DNA of 63,458 bases from Bacteroidota bacterium (GCA_026391855.1 JAPLDE010000155.1:3369-66826); one strand, 5' to 3'. Positions 20,965 through 32,043 are shown, counted from the stretch's first letter. Program-made: numbers and translations. The notes: generated from the sequence alone by a model not told the origin.

Positions 20965-22992
20965 ATGCAATTTGCCAACCCTCTCTTCCTGATCGGTCTC
21001 CTGGGAATTTCCATTCCTGTTATTATACACCTCTTTAATTTCAGGAGGTTTAAAAAGGTGTATTTCACCAATGTCCGTTTTATCGAGGAACTCAAGCAAC
21101 AAACCCAGAAACAATCGAAACTGAAGCATCTGTTAATTCTTTTAGCGAGAATCCTTGCCATTGCCTGCCTTGTACTGGCATTTGCCCAACCATACATGCC
21201 GCTTAAGCACCAGATCATTCATAAAAGCACCACCAATGCAGTGAGTACTTATGTTGACAATTCCTTCAGCATGGAAGTTAGGGGCAGTAAGGGAAACCTG
21301 CTCGATGAGGCCAAAAATAAAGCCCTTGAGGTTTCTGCAGCCTATAAGCCGGCTGACATCTTTCAGGTGCTGTCATCCGATTTCGAAGGAAAACAACAAC
21401 GAATGATCACCAGGGAAGAATTTGCTGAACAACTCAATGAAATTAAGCTTTCTCCCTCAACCCGGTCGTTGTCGGAAATCATCGCCCGGCAGAGAGACCT
21501 GCTTTCCACCTATCCCAGTGCCAATAAAAACATCTATATTATCTCAGATTTTCAGAAGAGTACCTCAGATTTCAGCCACCTGAAAAAAGATACTTCTTCT
21601 TCGGTCTACCTGATCCCTGTGCTGGCTAACCAGTCGGGCAACCTGTTTGTTGATACTATCTGGTTCGATAATCCTGTACAGCAGCTTAATCAGCAGGCCA
21701 CTCTCAGGGTGAGGTTGAAAAATACTTCGGAAAATGAACAGGAGAAAATTCCTATCAAGCTGATTATCAATAATAATCAAAGGGCAGTGGCCAGCTTCGA
21801 TTGTCCGGCAAAAGGAGAGACCGAAGTTTCGCTTTCATTTAACAATAAATCTGAAGGAACACAACAGGGCTACCTGGAAATCGTTGATTACCCGGTTACA
21901 TATGATGACAAGTTTTTCTTTTCTTTCAATGTTTGCAAGACCATTCCAGTATTGTGCATCAATGAGAAAGAGGAAAACCCATACCTGAACAACCTATTTG
22001 GAAAGGATTCCTCTTTTGATTACAGTACGGTAATGCTGAAAACCCTTGATTACTCCTCATTTGGGAAGTACAGGCTGCTCGTCCTGAATGAATTGGCTTC
22101 CGTTTCCTCCGGTTTTCTACAGGAAATAAAGAATTTTACCGACAATGGCGGGAGTATTGTTGTAATCCCTCCTCCCCAGCTGGATGCTGAAGCTTATAAG
22201 GGTTTCCTGCTGGCCTTCAATCTGGGTTTTTATAAAAGCATGGACACTGTGAATACCCGGATTATGAAGCTGGAGACTGAACACGGTTTGTACCGGGATG
22301 TATTTGATAAAATCCCGGAGAACCTGGATCTTCCGCTGGTGTTTTCGCATTATCCCTTCGTTTTTTCTACCCGAAGCGGCGCTGAAGCAGTGCTGAAACT
22401 CGAAAATGACGACCCTTTCCTGACCGCCTTTCCTGTCGGACATGGCAAATTCTATATCCTGTCAACTCCCCTCAGAACGGAGTTCTCAAACTTTGGCAAA
22501 CATGTACTGTTTGTCCCGACTTTTTACAAGATAGCCTTGCTTAGCCAGCCCTTTGAAAAACTTTATTATTTCATAGGGAAAGATGATCCCATCGAGCTTT
22601 CCAATGGTTTATCGAAAGGGGATGATGTATATAAGATACGAAAACTGGGAGAGCAGTATGAGTTTATACCTGAAAACAGGGTAGTAGGGTCAAAAGTAGT
22701 ATTCTTACCGCATGACCAGGTGAAAGAAGCCGGAAATTATTCGGTGATGGACGGAAAAAACGAAATGATGGGTATTGCCTTCAATTATGACCGAAAAGAA
22801 TCAGTGATGGATTTTTATACTCCGGATGAATTAAAAGCTGAAATTGATAAGGCCGGATTGACTAATTTTATGGTCTTAAATACCAGGGAAAAACCTGTTT
22901 CTATGGTCATACGGGAATTAAACAAGAGTGTCATTATCGGATGTACAAAAGACCATCCAGCTTTCGGGTATGTTCGAGAACTGGTTTCTTGA
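20965..22992 (+). CDS. BatA-like (N-terminal double-TM plus vWA-like) protein; C-terminus probably truncated
   Basis: MQFANPLFL..IPVIIHLFNFRRFKKVYFTN, AFAQP, VDNSFSM, ISDFQ; the usual C-terminal TM helix is absent. Confidence 0.85.
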   Translation: MQFANPLFLIGLLGISIPVIIHLFNFRRFKKVYFTNVRFIEELKQQTQKQSKLKHLLILLARILAIACLVLAFAQPYMPLKHQIIHKSTTNAVSTYVDNSFSMEVRGSKGNLLDEAKNKALEVSAAYKPADIFQVLSSDFEGKQQRMITREEFAEQLNEIKLSPSTRSLSEIIARQRDLLSTYPSANKNIYIISDFQKSTSDFSHLKKDTSSSVYLIPVLANQSGNLFVDTIWFDNPVQQLNQQATLRVRLKNTSENEQEKIPIKLIINNNQRAVASFDCPAKGETEVSLSFNNKSEGTQQGYLEIVDYPVTYDDKFFFSFNVCKTIPVLCINEKEENPYLNNLFGKDSSFDYSTVMLKTLDYSSFGKYRLLVLNELASVSSGFLQEIKNFTDNGGSIVVIPPPQLDAEAYKGFLLAFNLGFYKSMDTVNTRIMKLETEHGLYRDVFDKIPENLDLPLVFSHYPFVFSTRSGAEAVLKLENDDPFLTAFPVGHGKFYILSTPLRTEFSNFGKHVLFVPTFYKIALLSQPFEKLYYFIGKDDPIELSNGLSKGDDVYKIRKLGEQYEFIPENRVVGSKVVFLPHDQVKEAGNYSVMDGKNEMMGIAFNYDRKESVMDFYTPDELKAEIDKAGLTNFMVLNTREKPVSMVIRELNKSVIIGCTKDHPAFGYVRELVS

Positions 22993-25531
22993 TTATGCCT
23001 CTTATGTGATACAGGAAAGGGCTGTACCTGACCTTGACGACGGACTGAAACCGGTACAGCGGAGGTTGCTTCATGCCATGAAGGAACTGGACGACGGGCG
23101 GTATAATAAAGTGGCCAATATTATAGGTCATACCATGAAATATCACCCGCACGGTGATGCTTCCATCGGTGATGCCCTTGTTCAGATGGGCCAGAAAGAA
23201 TTGTTGGTCGATACCCAGGGTAACTGGGGAAATATCCTTACCGGCGACGGAGCCGCCGCCCCCAGGTATATTGAGGCAAGACCCTCCAAATTCGCACTGG
23301 AAGTGGTCTATAACCCTAAAACAACCCGTTGGACACTGTCGTACGACGGAAGGAACAAAGAACCCATTACCCTTCCGGTAAAATTTCCCCTGTTGCTGGC
23401 ACAGGGGGCTGAAGGTATTGCCGTAGGACTGGCCTCAAAGATCCTTCCGCATAACTTCAATGAGCTCATCGATGCGGCCATCGATCACCTGAAGGGTATC
23501 ACAACGCCTTTTTTTCCTGATTTCCCGACAGGCGGACAGGCAGATTTTTCAAGATATAACGACGGGCTTCGCGGCAGCCGGGTCCGTATCCGCGCAAAGA
23601 TCAGCCAGTTTGATAAAAAAACACTGGTAATCAATGAAATACCTTTTGGGACCAATACGACTTCCCTCATTGATTCTATCCTTGCTGCCAATGATAAAGG
23701 GAAGATAAGGATCAGAAAGATCGATGACAATACGGCCAACGAAGTGGAAATACTGGTCCACCTGGCTCCGGGAGTGTCTCCCGATACCACTATCGATGCC
23801 TTGTATGCCTTTACCGATTGCGAGGTAACCATTTCACCGAACTCCTGCGTAATCGACAAGGGAAAACCGCGTTTCATGGGGGTTACAGAGATTCTGGCCC
23901 ATTGTACCAACCGTATCCGGGAACTCCTGAAACTGGAACTGGAAATAAAGCTTGCTGAACTGTTGGAGCAATGGCATTTTTCTTCCCTGGAAAAGATCTT
24001 CATCCAAAAAAAGATCTACCGGAATATCGAAAAATGCGAGACCTGGGAATCGGTGTTGGAAACCATTGACCTCGGCCTGGAACCCTATAAGAAAAAATTA
24101 TACAGGGCCGTTACAACTGAAGATATTGTGAGGCTGACGGAATTGAAGATCAAGAGAATCTCAAAATTCGATTCCTTTAAAGCCGATGAGCGCATCAGGG
24201 ACCTGGAAGAGGAGATGGAAAAAGTTAAAACCAATTTAGCCCGGATTACCGACTATTCAATTGATTACCTTCTTCATATCAAAGAAAAATATGGTAAGGA
24301 AAAGGAAAGAAAAACAGAGATCAGGAATTTCGATACCATTGAGGCTACACTGGTGGCAGCAGCTACACAGAAACTGTATGTTAACCGGATAGAGGGTTTT
24401 GCCGGGACCAGCCTGAAGAAAGATGAATTTGTTTGCGAATGTTCTGATATTGATGATATTATCGTGATCAGGGAGGACGGCAGCTGCCTGGTTACCAAGG
24501 TCAGCGAGAAAGTCTTTGTTGGTGAGAATATTCTCCATATTGCAGTTTTCAAGCGGAATGACGAACGTACAGTGTATAACCTGATTTATCAGGATGGCAA
24601 AAAGGGTTATTACTTTGTTAAAAGGTTTGCTGTGCTGGGGGTTACCCGCGATAAAGAGTATTCCCTTACCAAAGGTACTTCGGGCTCAAAGGTGGTCTAC
24701 TTCTCTGCCAATCCCAACGGGGAAGCTGAAATTGTGCAAATCACACACAAACCAAAACCCAAGCTTAAAAAACTCTCTTTTGAGTTCAATTTCAGTGAAT
24801 TAGCGATCAAAGGAAGACAATCTATCGGAAATATCATAACCCGACATGCCATCAGAAAAATTGTAAAAAAAGAAGAGGGTATTTCTACACTCGGTGCCAG
24901 GAATATCTGGTTCGATGATTCCATCAAACGATTGAATGTGGAAGGAAGGGGAATGCTGCTCGGCGCCTTCGATAATGGAGATAAAATTTTAACCATTTAT
25001 CAGTCAGGTCATTATAAATTAACCGGTTTTGATCTCAATATTCATGTTGATGAAGATCTCATCCATATTGAGAAATTCAGACCCGAAAAAGTGATTACAG
25101 CCGTCTACCTCGAAGGAATCCTGAACAAACACTATGTGAAGCGTTTCCAGATTGAGATTACTGATAAAAAAACTGATTTCATCGGGGAGGAAGATGGGTC
25201 AAAACTGGTTTATTTCTGGCTTCAGAACGAACCCCGGATGACCTATTCATACATTAAGAAGACCAGGAACAAACCGGATGAGACCATAACACTGGAGGAG
25301 GACCTGGTGGAGTTTGTCGGTATAAAAAGTTACAAAGCCAAAGGGAAGAGGATATGTGACCATGATATTTTCGAACTGGATTTCAATGCCAGAGAAGCAG
25401 AAATGGCAGAAGAAGCGGAAACTGAGCAGCCGGATCAGGAAGAAGATTTTCCATCCACACTAAATGAACCCAATCGTCCCGGTCCGGAAGTTGAAGGTAG
25501 CGATGGTATCCAAATGACGCTCGAGTTCTGA
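22928..25531 (+). CDS. parC: DNA topoisomerase IV subunit A (Bacteroidota type); start uncertain
   Basis: FLDYASYVI.ERA, DGLKPVQRR, YHPHGD, AAPRYIE. Confidence 0.9.
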   Translation: MSLSDVQKTIQLSGMFENWFLDYASYVIQERAVPDLDDGLKPVQRRLLHAMKELDDGRYNKVANIIGHTMKYHPHGDASIGDALVQMGQKELLVDTQGNWGNILTGDGAAAPRYIEARPSKFALEVVYNPKTTRWTLSYDGRNKEPITLPVKFPLLLAQGAEGIAVGLASKILPHNFNELIDAAIDHLKGITTPFFPDFPTGGQADFSRYNDGLRGSRVRIRAKISQFDKKTLVINEIPFGTNTTSLIDSILAANDKGKIRIRKIDDNTANEVEILVHLAPGVSPDTTIDALYAFTDCEVTISPNSCVIDKGKPRFMGVTEILAHCTNRIRELLKLELEIKLAELLEQWHFSSLEKIFIQKKIYRNIEKCETWESVLETIDLGLEPYKKKLYRAVTTEDIVRLTELKIKRISKFDSFKADERIRDLEEEMEKVKTNLARITDYSIDYLLHIKEKYGKEKERKTEIRNFDTIEATLVAAATQKLYVNRIEGFAGTSLKKDEFVCECSDIDDIIVIREDGSCLVTKVSEKVFVGENILHIAVFKRNDERTVYNLIYQDGKKGYYFVKRFAVLGVTRDKEYSLTKGTSGSKVVYFSANPNGEAEIVQITHKPKPKLKKLSFEFNFSELAIKGRQSIGNIITRHAIRKIVKKEEGISTLGARNIWFDDSIKRLNVEGRGMLLGAFDNGDKILTIYQSGHYKLTGFDLNIHVDEDLIHIEKFRPEKVITAVYLEGILNKHYVKRFQIEITDKKTDFIGEEDGSKLVYFWLQNEPRMTYSYIKKTRNKPDETITLEEDLVEFVGIKSYKAKGKRICDHDIFELDFNAREAEMAEEAETEQPDQEEDFPSTLNEPNRPGPEVEGSDGIQMTLEF

Positions 25532-25591
25532 GGCAGGTGTCCGAAATTTGTTTTAGAGAAAAAAGTAAATTAATAAATCAGGTAGAAAATA

Positions 25592-26815
25592 ATGGAAGAC
25601 AAACAAGTACTCACGGTTACTCCGGATGTTCATTGGGTAGGAGTGCTTGACCCGGATCTTATCCGTTTTGATGTGGTAATGGAGACAAAATTCGGGACAA
25701 CGTATAATTCCTATTTTATCGATGCGGATAAGAAAGCGTTGGTTGATACGGTGAAGGAGCCCTTTTGGCCGGTATTTCTTGAAAAGCTAAAGCAACTCAC
25801 GGATCCTGCTGAAATTCAATATATTATTGTTAATCACACCGAACCGGATCATTCAGGATGTCTTCCCCAAATGCTTAAAGCAGCCCCGAATGCCACAGTG
25901 GTAGGAAGCGGAAATGCCGTTCGTTACCTGCGCGATCAGCTGGGAGTTGAGTTTTCGCATCTTATTGTAAAAGATGGAGATAAACTGAGCCTGGGGAATA
26001 AAACACTGACTTTTATCGGTGCTCCCAACCTTCACTGGCCCGATACTATCTTTACCTGGCTGGAAGAGGATAAACTGTTGTTTACCTGTGATGCTTTTGG
26101 GTGCCACTTCAGTCATCCGGTCATGTTCGACGACACAGTCGGGGATTTTAGTGAGGCCTTTACTTTTTATTTCAACGTCATCCTTAAGCCATACAGCAAA
26201 TTTGTGGTAAAAGCGATCGCAAAGATCGCCTCACTGCCTGTTTATGCCATCTGTACCGGTCATGGCCCAATTCTGCGTAAAGACTGGAAAAAATATGTGG
26301 ATCTTTCCGGTCAGTTGGCTGCTGCGGCACTTGAGTTGCCGAAGAAAAACCGTGTGCTGATCGCCTATGTCTCTGCATACAGGAATACCGCCAGCATGGC
26401 CGAAAGGATTGCCGACGGGATCAGGGAAGCCGGGGCCGGACTGGAAGTAGATATGTTTGACATGGAGGGTGTTCCCATGGCCGAAGTGGAAAGAAGGGTA
26501 GAGGAGGCCGGTGCTGTCATCGTTGGATCACCCATCATCAACCAGAACATTTTATTGCAGGTTTACCAGCTATTCGCCATCATGAACCCTATCCGCGACA
26601 GGGGAAAGCTGGCCGGTGCCTTTGGAAGTTACGGGTGGAGCGCCGAATTCATGAAAAGCATGGAAACCAATCTTTTGAATCTGAAGCTGAACTTTATTGA
26701 TAAAGGAGTGTTTGTTCGCTTTACGCCCCACGAGAATGAACTCAGGGAGTGTCTTCTGTACGGGCAGTTGTTCGGCGAAAAAATGCTTGAGGAAATGGCC
26801 AAATGTGCAGGATAA
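25592..26815 (+). CDS. fprA: FprA family flavodiiron protein
   Basis: GTTYNSY, NHTEPDHSG, LHWPD, CDAFG, GHG and a flavodoxin domain with FGSYGWS. Confidence 0.93.
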   Translation: MEDKQVLTVTPDVHWVGVLDPDLIRFDVVMETKFGTTYNSYFIDADKKALVDTVKEPFWPVFLEKLKQLTDPAEIQYIIVNHTEPDHSGCLPQMLKAAPNATVVGSGNAVRYLRDQLGVEFSHLIVKDGDKLSLGNKTLTFIGAPNLHWPDTIFTWLEEDKLLFTCDAFGCHFSHPVMFDDTVGDFSEAFTFYFNVILKPYSKFVVKAIAKIASLPVYAICTGHGPILRKDWKKYVDLSGQLAAAALELPKKNRVLIAYVSAYRNTASMAERIADGIREAGAGLEVDMFDMEGVPMAEVERRVEEAGAVIVGSPIINQNILLQVYQLFAIMNPIRDRGKLAGAFGSYGWSAEFMKSMETNLLNLKLNFIDKGVFVRFTPHENELRECLLYGQLFGEKMLEEMAKCAG

Positions 26816-26841
26816 AACATCACCGGTTCATAATACATTCA

Positions 26842-27675
26842 ATGCGCTTTCATAAAGTTGGCCTGATAATGATGTCGTTACTGCTGAGCTTATCCTGCAG
26901 CCCGCAAAAACGGCTGGCCAGAGAAGCTGTTGACAATTTCAAACCACCTGCTGTATTGTTGCTTTTCCCTGATTTTATCTTTAAAACAAATAGCAAAACG
27001 CCCGATATCAGTGGTTATGCTTCCCTGTCTAATGATCAGAAAGACTCAGTGAAATATTTTAACAGCAAGTTTATCCGGTTTACCGAGGATTCCACCTTAT
27101 TGAGAATATATTACTCAAGCATGTGTGAAGAGTTGAAAAACCTTGGTTTTAAGGTGCTGAAAGAAAATAAACTGGACAGCTTTTTGACCCTGAAAGAGCC
27201 GGCTGTTGTGTTATCTATGGTCCAGGCTGAGTTAGAGGAAACGGCTGACACCGCATTGGAAAGCGAGGTTTTTGACGACTCCCTGTATTATTCCAGGCAG
27301 TTCATCCTGAATGTGGTAAGGCTGAATTCCTGGTTTGAGCTGAACAGGCTTAACACGCCCGGAGACAGCATAAAAGTGCTCTTTAGTTCCTTTTTTGTCG
27401 GCGACCAGGTCGATGGCAATTTCCGAAGACATCCCCTCATCATGGATGTGAATTTTAAATACAGGTACATGGAGATCAGGCTGGATGACGTTTATGGTTT
27501 AGCTGATTTTTCAGGAAAGAAAAATGCAGGCTATCTTTTTGATTTACTGTTGAATAACTATATAAACACCAGGTACCCTGATGCCTTCCGGCCCGGCACC
27601 TACTGGCACTATAACCGCTTCAACAACCGGCTGAAACCCACCAGCGATGACCGGTTTACAATAATTGACAATTGA
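26842..27675 (+). CDS. Hypothetical lipoprotein
   Basis: Long ORF; likely start MRFHKVG with lipobox LSLSC. Confidence 0.7.
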   Translation: MRFHKVGLIMMSLLLSLSCSPQKRLAREAVDNFKPPAVLLLFPDFIFKTNSKTPDISGYASLSNDQKDSVKYFNSKFIRFTEDSTLLRIYYSSMCEELKNLGFKVLKENKLDSFLTLKEPAVVLSMVQAELEETADTALESEVFDDSLYYSRQFILNVVRLNSWFELNRLNTPGDSIKVLFSSFFVGDQVDGNFRRHPLIMDVNFKYRYMEIRLDDVYGLADFSGKKNAGYLFDLLLNNYINTRYPDAFRPGTYWHYNRFNNRLKPTSDDRFTIIDN

Positions 27676-27697
27676 CAATTGACAATTAACAATTAAT
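27663..27697. repeat. Heptamer tandem repeat (AATTGAC)n
   Basis: aattgac aattgac aattgac aattaac aattaat; reverse-complement array near 30244. Confidence 0.8.
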
Positions 27698-27724
27698 ATC
27701 GTGTCCCCACGATTGCTGACTGCT

Positions 27725-27765
27725 TGGTAACGTAAACAAATGGACATGCCATGGCATGTCCCTAC
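27725..27765 (-). repeat. GTAG-type REP-like palindrome, copy 2
   Basis: Same 20-bp palindrome at 27742-27761; GTAG on the minus strand overlaps the transketolase stop; shares the downstream ATTTGTT.ACGT.ACCA tail with copy 1. Confidence 0.8.
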
Positions 27766-28718
27766 GAATGCCTGCTGCCTACTTTCAACGCGGCATCAAT
27801 GATATGCGCTGAATCCAGCCCGTACTTCACCATTAACTCTTCCGGTTTTCCGCTTTCGCCAAAGCTGTCGTTAACAGCCACCATTTCAACCGGAGCCGGG
27901 TAATACCGGCAAAGTAACTGGGCAACTGCATCTCCGAGGCCTCCGTTTCGCTGATGTTCTTCAGCGGTAACCACACAGCCGGTCTTTTTCACAGAATTCA
28001 GGACAGCTTCTTCATCAAAAGGCTTGATGGTGTGGATGTTGATGACCTCAGCCCTGATCCCTTTTTCCAGTAGGATCTCCCTGGCTTCGAGCGCCTGCCA
28101 AACCATATGGCCGGTAGCAATGATAGTAACATCCTCACCATCAACAAGTTTCTGAGCTTTGCCAATTTCAAAGGGTTGATCTGGCGGTGTAAAGTTCGGG
28201 ACTTTAGGTCTGCCGAACCTTAAATAAACAGGTCCAAAATAATCAGCAATGGCAAGGGTTGCAGCCCGTGTCTGGTTATAATCGCAGGGAACGATCACGG
28301 TCATGTTAGGCAGCATACGCATCATCCCTATATCCTCCAGGATCTGGTGGGTAGCCCCGTCTTCACCCAGGGTTAGTCCGGCATGGGAGGCACATATTTT
28401 GACATTTTTATTTGAATAAGCCACCGATTGCCGTATCTGGTCATAGACCCTTCCTGTAGAAAAGTTGGCAAAAGTGCCTGTAAAGGGAATTTTGCCTCCA
28501 ATGGTAAGCCCGGCAGCAATACTGATCATATTCGCCTCGGCAATGCCCACCTGGATGAACCTGTCAGGGAATACCCCGATAAAAGCATCCATCTTTAAGG
28601 ATCCCGACAGATCAGCGCTCAACGCAACAACATCCTGATTCTGTTTTCCCAGCTCCAGCAATCCATCACCAAAGCCTGCCCTGGTCTCTTTCTTTTCCGT
28701 TGACGGAAATGGGTTCAT
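27762..28718 (-). CDS. Transketolase, C-terminal subunit
   Basis: [32 protein letters not shown]. Confidence 0.93.
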   Translation of the reverse strand: MNPFPSTEKKETRAGFGDGLLELGKQNQDVVALSADLSGSLKMDAFIGVFPDRFIQVGIAEANMISIAAGLTIGGKIPFTGTFANFSTGRVYDQIRQSVAYSNKNVKICASHAGLTLGEDGATHQILEDIGMMRMLPNMTVIVPCDYNQTRAATLAIADYFGPVYLRFGRPKVPNFTPPDQPFEIGKAQKLVDGEDVTIIATGHMVWQALEAREILLEKGIRAEVINIHTIKPFDEEAVLNSVKKTGCVVTAEEHQRNGGLGDAVAQLLCRYYPAPVEMVAVNDSFGESGKPEELMVKYGLDSAHIIDAALKVGSRHS

Positions 28719-28723
28719 ATTGT

Positions 28724-30205
28724 TCAGTTTTGATAAAGTTTAACATTGACGGTCTCCCCGGATTCAACCCTGAAAGTCTTTTCGACCGTATAAATCGTCC
28801 GGTCGGTAAATTTCGACCTGAACACAGCCCTGTATTTGCCCGGCTGCAGAATAAGCGATTCGAGGTTGGGTGCATTGTCTCTGAAATTATAGATCCATTT
28901 CAGGCGGTTGTCCTCTTCAACAAAAAGGCTTCCGTAACCATTGGTGGTCTTCTGTATCACAGCAATACCCGGCACAGGTATTTCAACGGTAGTGGTGTTG
29001 CTCTGCAATACTTCCACATCGCTGATCATCAGCCTGGGAAGACATAAGATCTCCAGGTCATAACTTCCAACCAGGTACTTTTCAGTCGTATTGAATGGCT
29101 GAACGTTCAGGGTAGCCATCTTGCCTTTCCGGCGTACAATGCATTGCAGGTTCCTCAGATTGGCATTGCTGCCTCCGACCTTGATCTGGAGGTAACCCTG
29201 GGGACATGTGACAGGAATAATGGTATGTTTTCCCGGAGTCAGGATGATGCTGTCCTTTTCAACGGTCGGAATGGTATGAACGACAAGGTTGTATGTAAGT
29301 AAGGGGTCGATGTACAGGGTGTCGGGAATACCCCTGGAATTAAGGGTATGAATAAAATTATACTTGATCAGCCCTGAATAACTGTCATAAAAGGTCATGC
29401 CTACATTGGTTTCTGTTGGATTATCCTCCTGGTCCAGCAGGTTAACCTGGGCAGTGGTTGAGTTCAGCGCCTGGGAAATGACTACATTCAGGGCTTTGCT
29501 GAAATTAGCCTCCTCGGAAGCATCAAAATATGTGCCCACGCAGTCGAAGGCATTTTTGAAATCCTTACCAATCCCTATAATGAATGGTTTCAGGATGACA
29601 CCCTGTTTCTGCAGTGCCCTTGATACCGCACAGGGGTCACCGCTGCATTCCTCCAGACCGTCTGTAATGAGAATGATAATATTACGGCAATTGTCGCAGG
29701 GAGGAAAATCTTTGGCGCTTTTCTCCAGCGAATAGGCGATGGGAGTGGTTCCTTTGGGAACCAACAGCTTCAGTACATGCTTGATCTTCTTGATATTGTT
29801 ATCGCTGAATGGAACCTCCAGCTTGGAATCGTCGCAGTCCTGCGGTGGAAAGGGCTTCTGGTGGCCATACACCCTGAGGGCAAGTTCCAGATTATCCACA
29901 AACATCAGTGAATCCAGCAGGTTCGACAATAGCTTCTGGGCGATGTTGATCTTCATATCGCTTTGCCAGCGCCCGTACATGCTCTGGGAGGCATCGAAAA
30001 CAAAAAGAATGCGTGTCAGCGGTTTAGGCTTCTCCTTCTCCTGTGGTTTCTGACCCCGCACAGTAAAAAAAAGGCCCGGAAGAACAATAAGCAGGAGTAG
30101 AGAAAGAAAAAGAACATAAGTCTTCCCCGTCCGGACAAACCAACTCCACGCCCGAACCCCCCCCGGCATTTTCTTCTTACCCATTCCTTTCTCCCTAATA
30201 ACCAA
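28724..30205 (-). CDS. Secreted or membrane-anchored vWA domain protein
   Basis: MIDAS motifs FDASQSM, GTTPIA and ITDGLEEC; hydrophobic N-terminus. Confidence 0.85.
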   Translation of the reverse strand: MVIREKGMGKKKMPGGVRAWSWFVRTGKTYVLFLSLLLLIVLPGLFFTVRGQKPQEKEKPKPLTRILFVFDASQSMYGRWQSDMKINIAQKLLSNLLDSLMFVDNLELALRVYGHQKPFPPQDCDDSKLEVPFSDNNIKKIKHVLKLLVPKGTTPIAYSLEKSAKDFPPCDNCRNIIILITDGLEECSGDPCAVSRALQKQGVILKPFIIGIGKDFKNAFDCVGTYFDASEEANFSKALNVVISQALNSTTAQVNLLDQEDNPTETNVGMTFYDSYSGLIKYNFIHTLNSRGIPDTLYIDPLLTYNLVVHTIPTVEKDSIILTPGKHTIIPVTCPQGYLQIKVGGSNANLRNLQCIVRRKGKMATLNVQPFNTTEKYLVGSYDLEILCLPRLMISDVEVLQSNTTTVEIPVPGIAVIQKTTNGYGSLFVEEDNRLKWIYNFRDNAPNLESLILQPGKYRAVFRSKFTDRTIYTVEKTFRVESGETVNVKLYQN

Positions 30206-30212
30206 TCAATTA

Positions 30213-30275
30213 TAATTTACTAATTTACTAATTACTAATTATTAATTGTCAATTGTCATTTGTCAATTGTCAATT
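30213..30275. repeat. Heptamer/octamer tandem repeats, (AATTGTC)n and TAATTTAC
   Basis: taatttactaatttacta...aattgtcaattgtcatttgtcaattgtcaatt. Confidence 0.75.
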
Positions 30276-31112
30276 CTAATAGTCCCCAACCGTTTCCTTC
30301 AATTGTCCCAGGGCAACAGCCGTTTGTTCTGCATTTGGGGCAGAACCGTGCCATTTGTGTGTCCCCATCATAAAGTCAACGCCAAAGCCCATTTCGGTAT
30401 GCATCAGGATGACAACGGGTTTTTCTTTTCCGCATTGTGAACGGGCTTTTCCAAGGGTGTTTTGTACATCGGGAATATCGTTTCCGTTCATTTCCAGCAC
30501 CTCCCATCCGAATGCTTCCCATTTTGCCCTAAGGTTTCCCAGGCTCACTACCTGGTCCACAGGGCCATCGATCTGTTTGTTGTTGTAATCGACGGTAACG
30601 ATGAGATTGTCTATTTTTCTGGCAGCCGCAAACATTGCAGCTTCCCAGATCTGACCTTCCTGGAGTTCTCCGTCCCCGGTAAGAACATATACCAGGTGGT
30701 CATCCCGGTTCATCTTCTTGGCCAGGCCAGCACCGGCTCCGACAGAGAGTCCCTGTCCCAGTGATCCGGAGGACATTCTGATACCCGGCAAACCTTCATG
30801 GGTGGTCGGATGACCCTGCAACCGGCTGTTCAGCTTACGAAAACTACCCAGCTCTCTGACGGGAAAATATCCTGAACGGGCCAGTACACTGTACCATGCA
30901 GCCGACAGATGCCCGTTGGAGAGAAAGAAAAGATCTTCTCCTTTCCCATCCATTGTAAAAGTAGTGGGGTTATGACGAAGTACATCGAAATACAGGACAG
31001 TGAAAAAATCCGCACAACCCAGTGAACCCCCCGGATGACCGGACTGTACAGCGGAAATCATCCGGATGACATCCCGCCTGACCTGGGATGCAATCGCCGT
31101 AAGATCATACAT
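30276..31112 (-). CDS. Transketolase, N-terminal subunit
   Basis: SGHPGGSLG, LSNGH, LQGHP, GSLGQG and TPP motif GDGELQEG; likely start ATG 31112. Confidence 0.93.
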   Translation of the reverse strand: MYDLTAIASQVRRDVIRMISAVQSGHPGGSLGCADFFTVLYFDVLRHNPTTFTMDGKGEDLFFLSNGHLSAAWYSVLARSGYFPVRELGSFRKLNSRLQGHPTTHEGLPGIRMSSGSLGQGLSVGAGAGLAKKMNRDDHLVYVLTGDGELQEGQIWEAAMFAAARKIDNLIVTVDYNNKQIDGPVDQVVSLGNLRAKWEAFGWEVLEMNGNDIPDVQNTLGKARSQCGKEKPVVILMHTEMGFGVDFMMGTHKWHGSAPNAEQTAVALGQLKETVGDY

Positions 31113-31240
31113 AATCAGAATGTTATACCCGCAAAAATAACGGTAAAACGCAGGTATTCCCTGTTGATGTTGATAAGTAAGGATAAAAACCCGAACGCCT
31201 GAACACAATCCATTTATACAAACAGAACAGTATTTCCGTT

Positions 31241-31248
31241 TATCTTTG
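31241..31248 (+). promoter_or_regulatory. -7 element for tonB
   Basis: TATCTTTG ending 4 nt before ATG 31252. Confidence 0.55.
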
Positions 31249-31251
31249 CGC

Positions 31252-32019
31252 ATGGCCGAAAGACTGGACGATATCATTTTTGAAAACCGGAACAGGGAAT
31301 ACGGTGCCTATATCCTGAGAAAAGGCTATAACCGCCTGGTAATCATTTCATTCCTGATCAGTGCCGTCTTTATTTCCCTGATTATCCTGGGAGCTTTTTT
31401 CTATTATTACCTGGAAAGCGCACCCAGCTTTGATGCCGGGGAATTGATGGCAACCTATGAGATGTTCAGCGGGACTGATTATGAGCTGTCGGTGCCACCG
31501 GGTGCTGAACCTCAATCAGCTGTCGACCAGACCATTATACCAAAGGTGGAGGTAAAGGACAAGCCGGTTGTCGTGAGGAAAGAAGTGGAAACCCCGGATG
31601 AACTGACCAAGAAACAGCAGCAGATTCGTGATTCCCTTGCAAAGTTAGGGGACAGGCTGGCGGTAAAAGGAGGTACAGGCAGCGGATCAGATACCGGAGC
31701 AATATATGTTAGGGTTGAAAGATATCCCGAATTTCCGGGTGGGAATACCACCGCTCTGCTGAAATACCTTCGCGACAACATCAAATACCCGGCCTCGGCC
31801 ATCCAGAAAAAGATCAGCGGAACCGTACATGTTAATTTTGTGATCACCGCTTCCGGAAGGGTCGACAAGGTAAAGATCACTAAAAGTGTTGATCCTGAAC
31901 TGGATTATGAAGCGATCCGGATCGTGAAAGCCATGCCCCTCTGGTCACCCGGTATCTGGCATGCAAGACCGGTCAATGTGCTGGTAACCCTGCCAATCCG
32001 CTTTGTACCGGGAGGCTAG
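31252..32019 (+). CDS. tonB: Energy transducer TonB
   Basis: DDIIFENRNREYGAY, a single TM, and the C-terminal domain PEFPGG..LRDNIKYP..EAIRIVKAMP. Confidence 0.9.
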   Translation: MAERLDDIIFENRNREYGAYILRKGYNRLVIISFLISAVFISLIILGAFFYYYLESAPSFDAGELMATYEMFSGTDYELSVPPGAEPQSAVDQTIIPKVEVKDKPVVVRKEVETPDELTKKQQQIRDSLAKLGDRLAVKGGTGSGSDTGAIYVRVERYPEFPGGNTTALLKYLRDNIKYPASAIQKKISGTVHVNFVITASGRVDKVKITKSVDPELDYEAIRIVKAMPLWSPGIWHARPVNVLVTLPIRFVPGG

Positions 32020-32043
32020 TGAAGATACTGCCGGTTTTATTGC

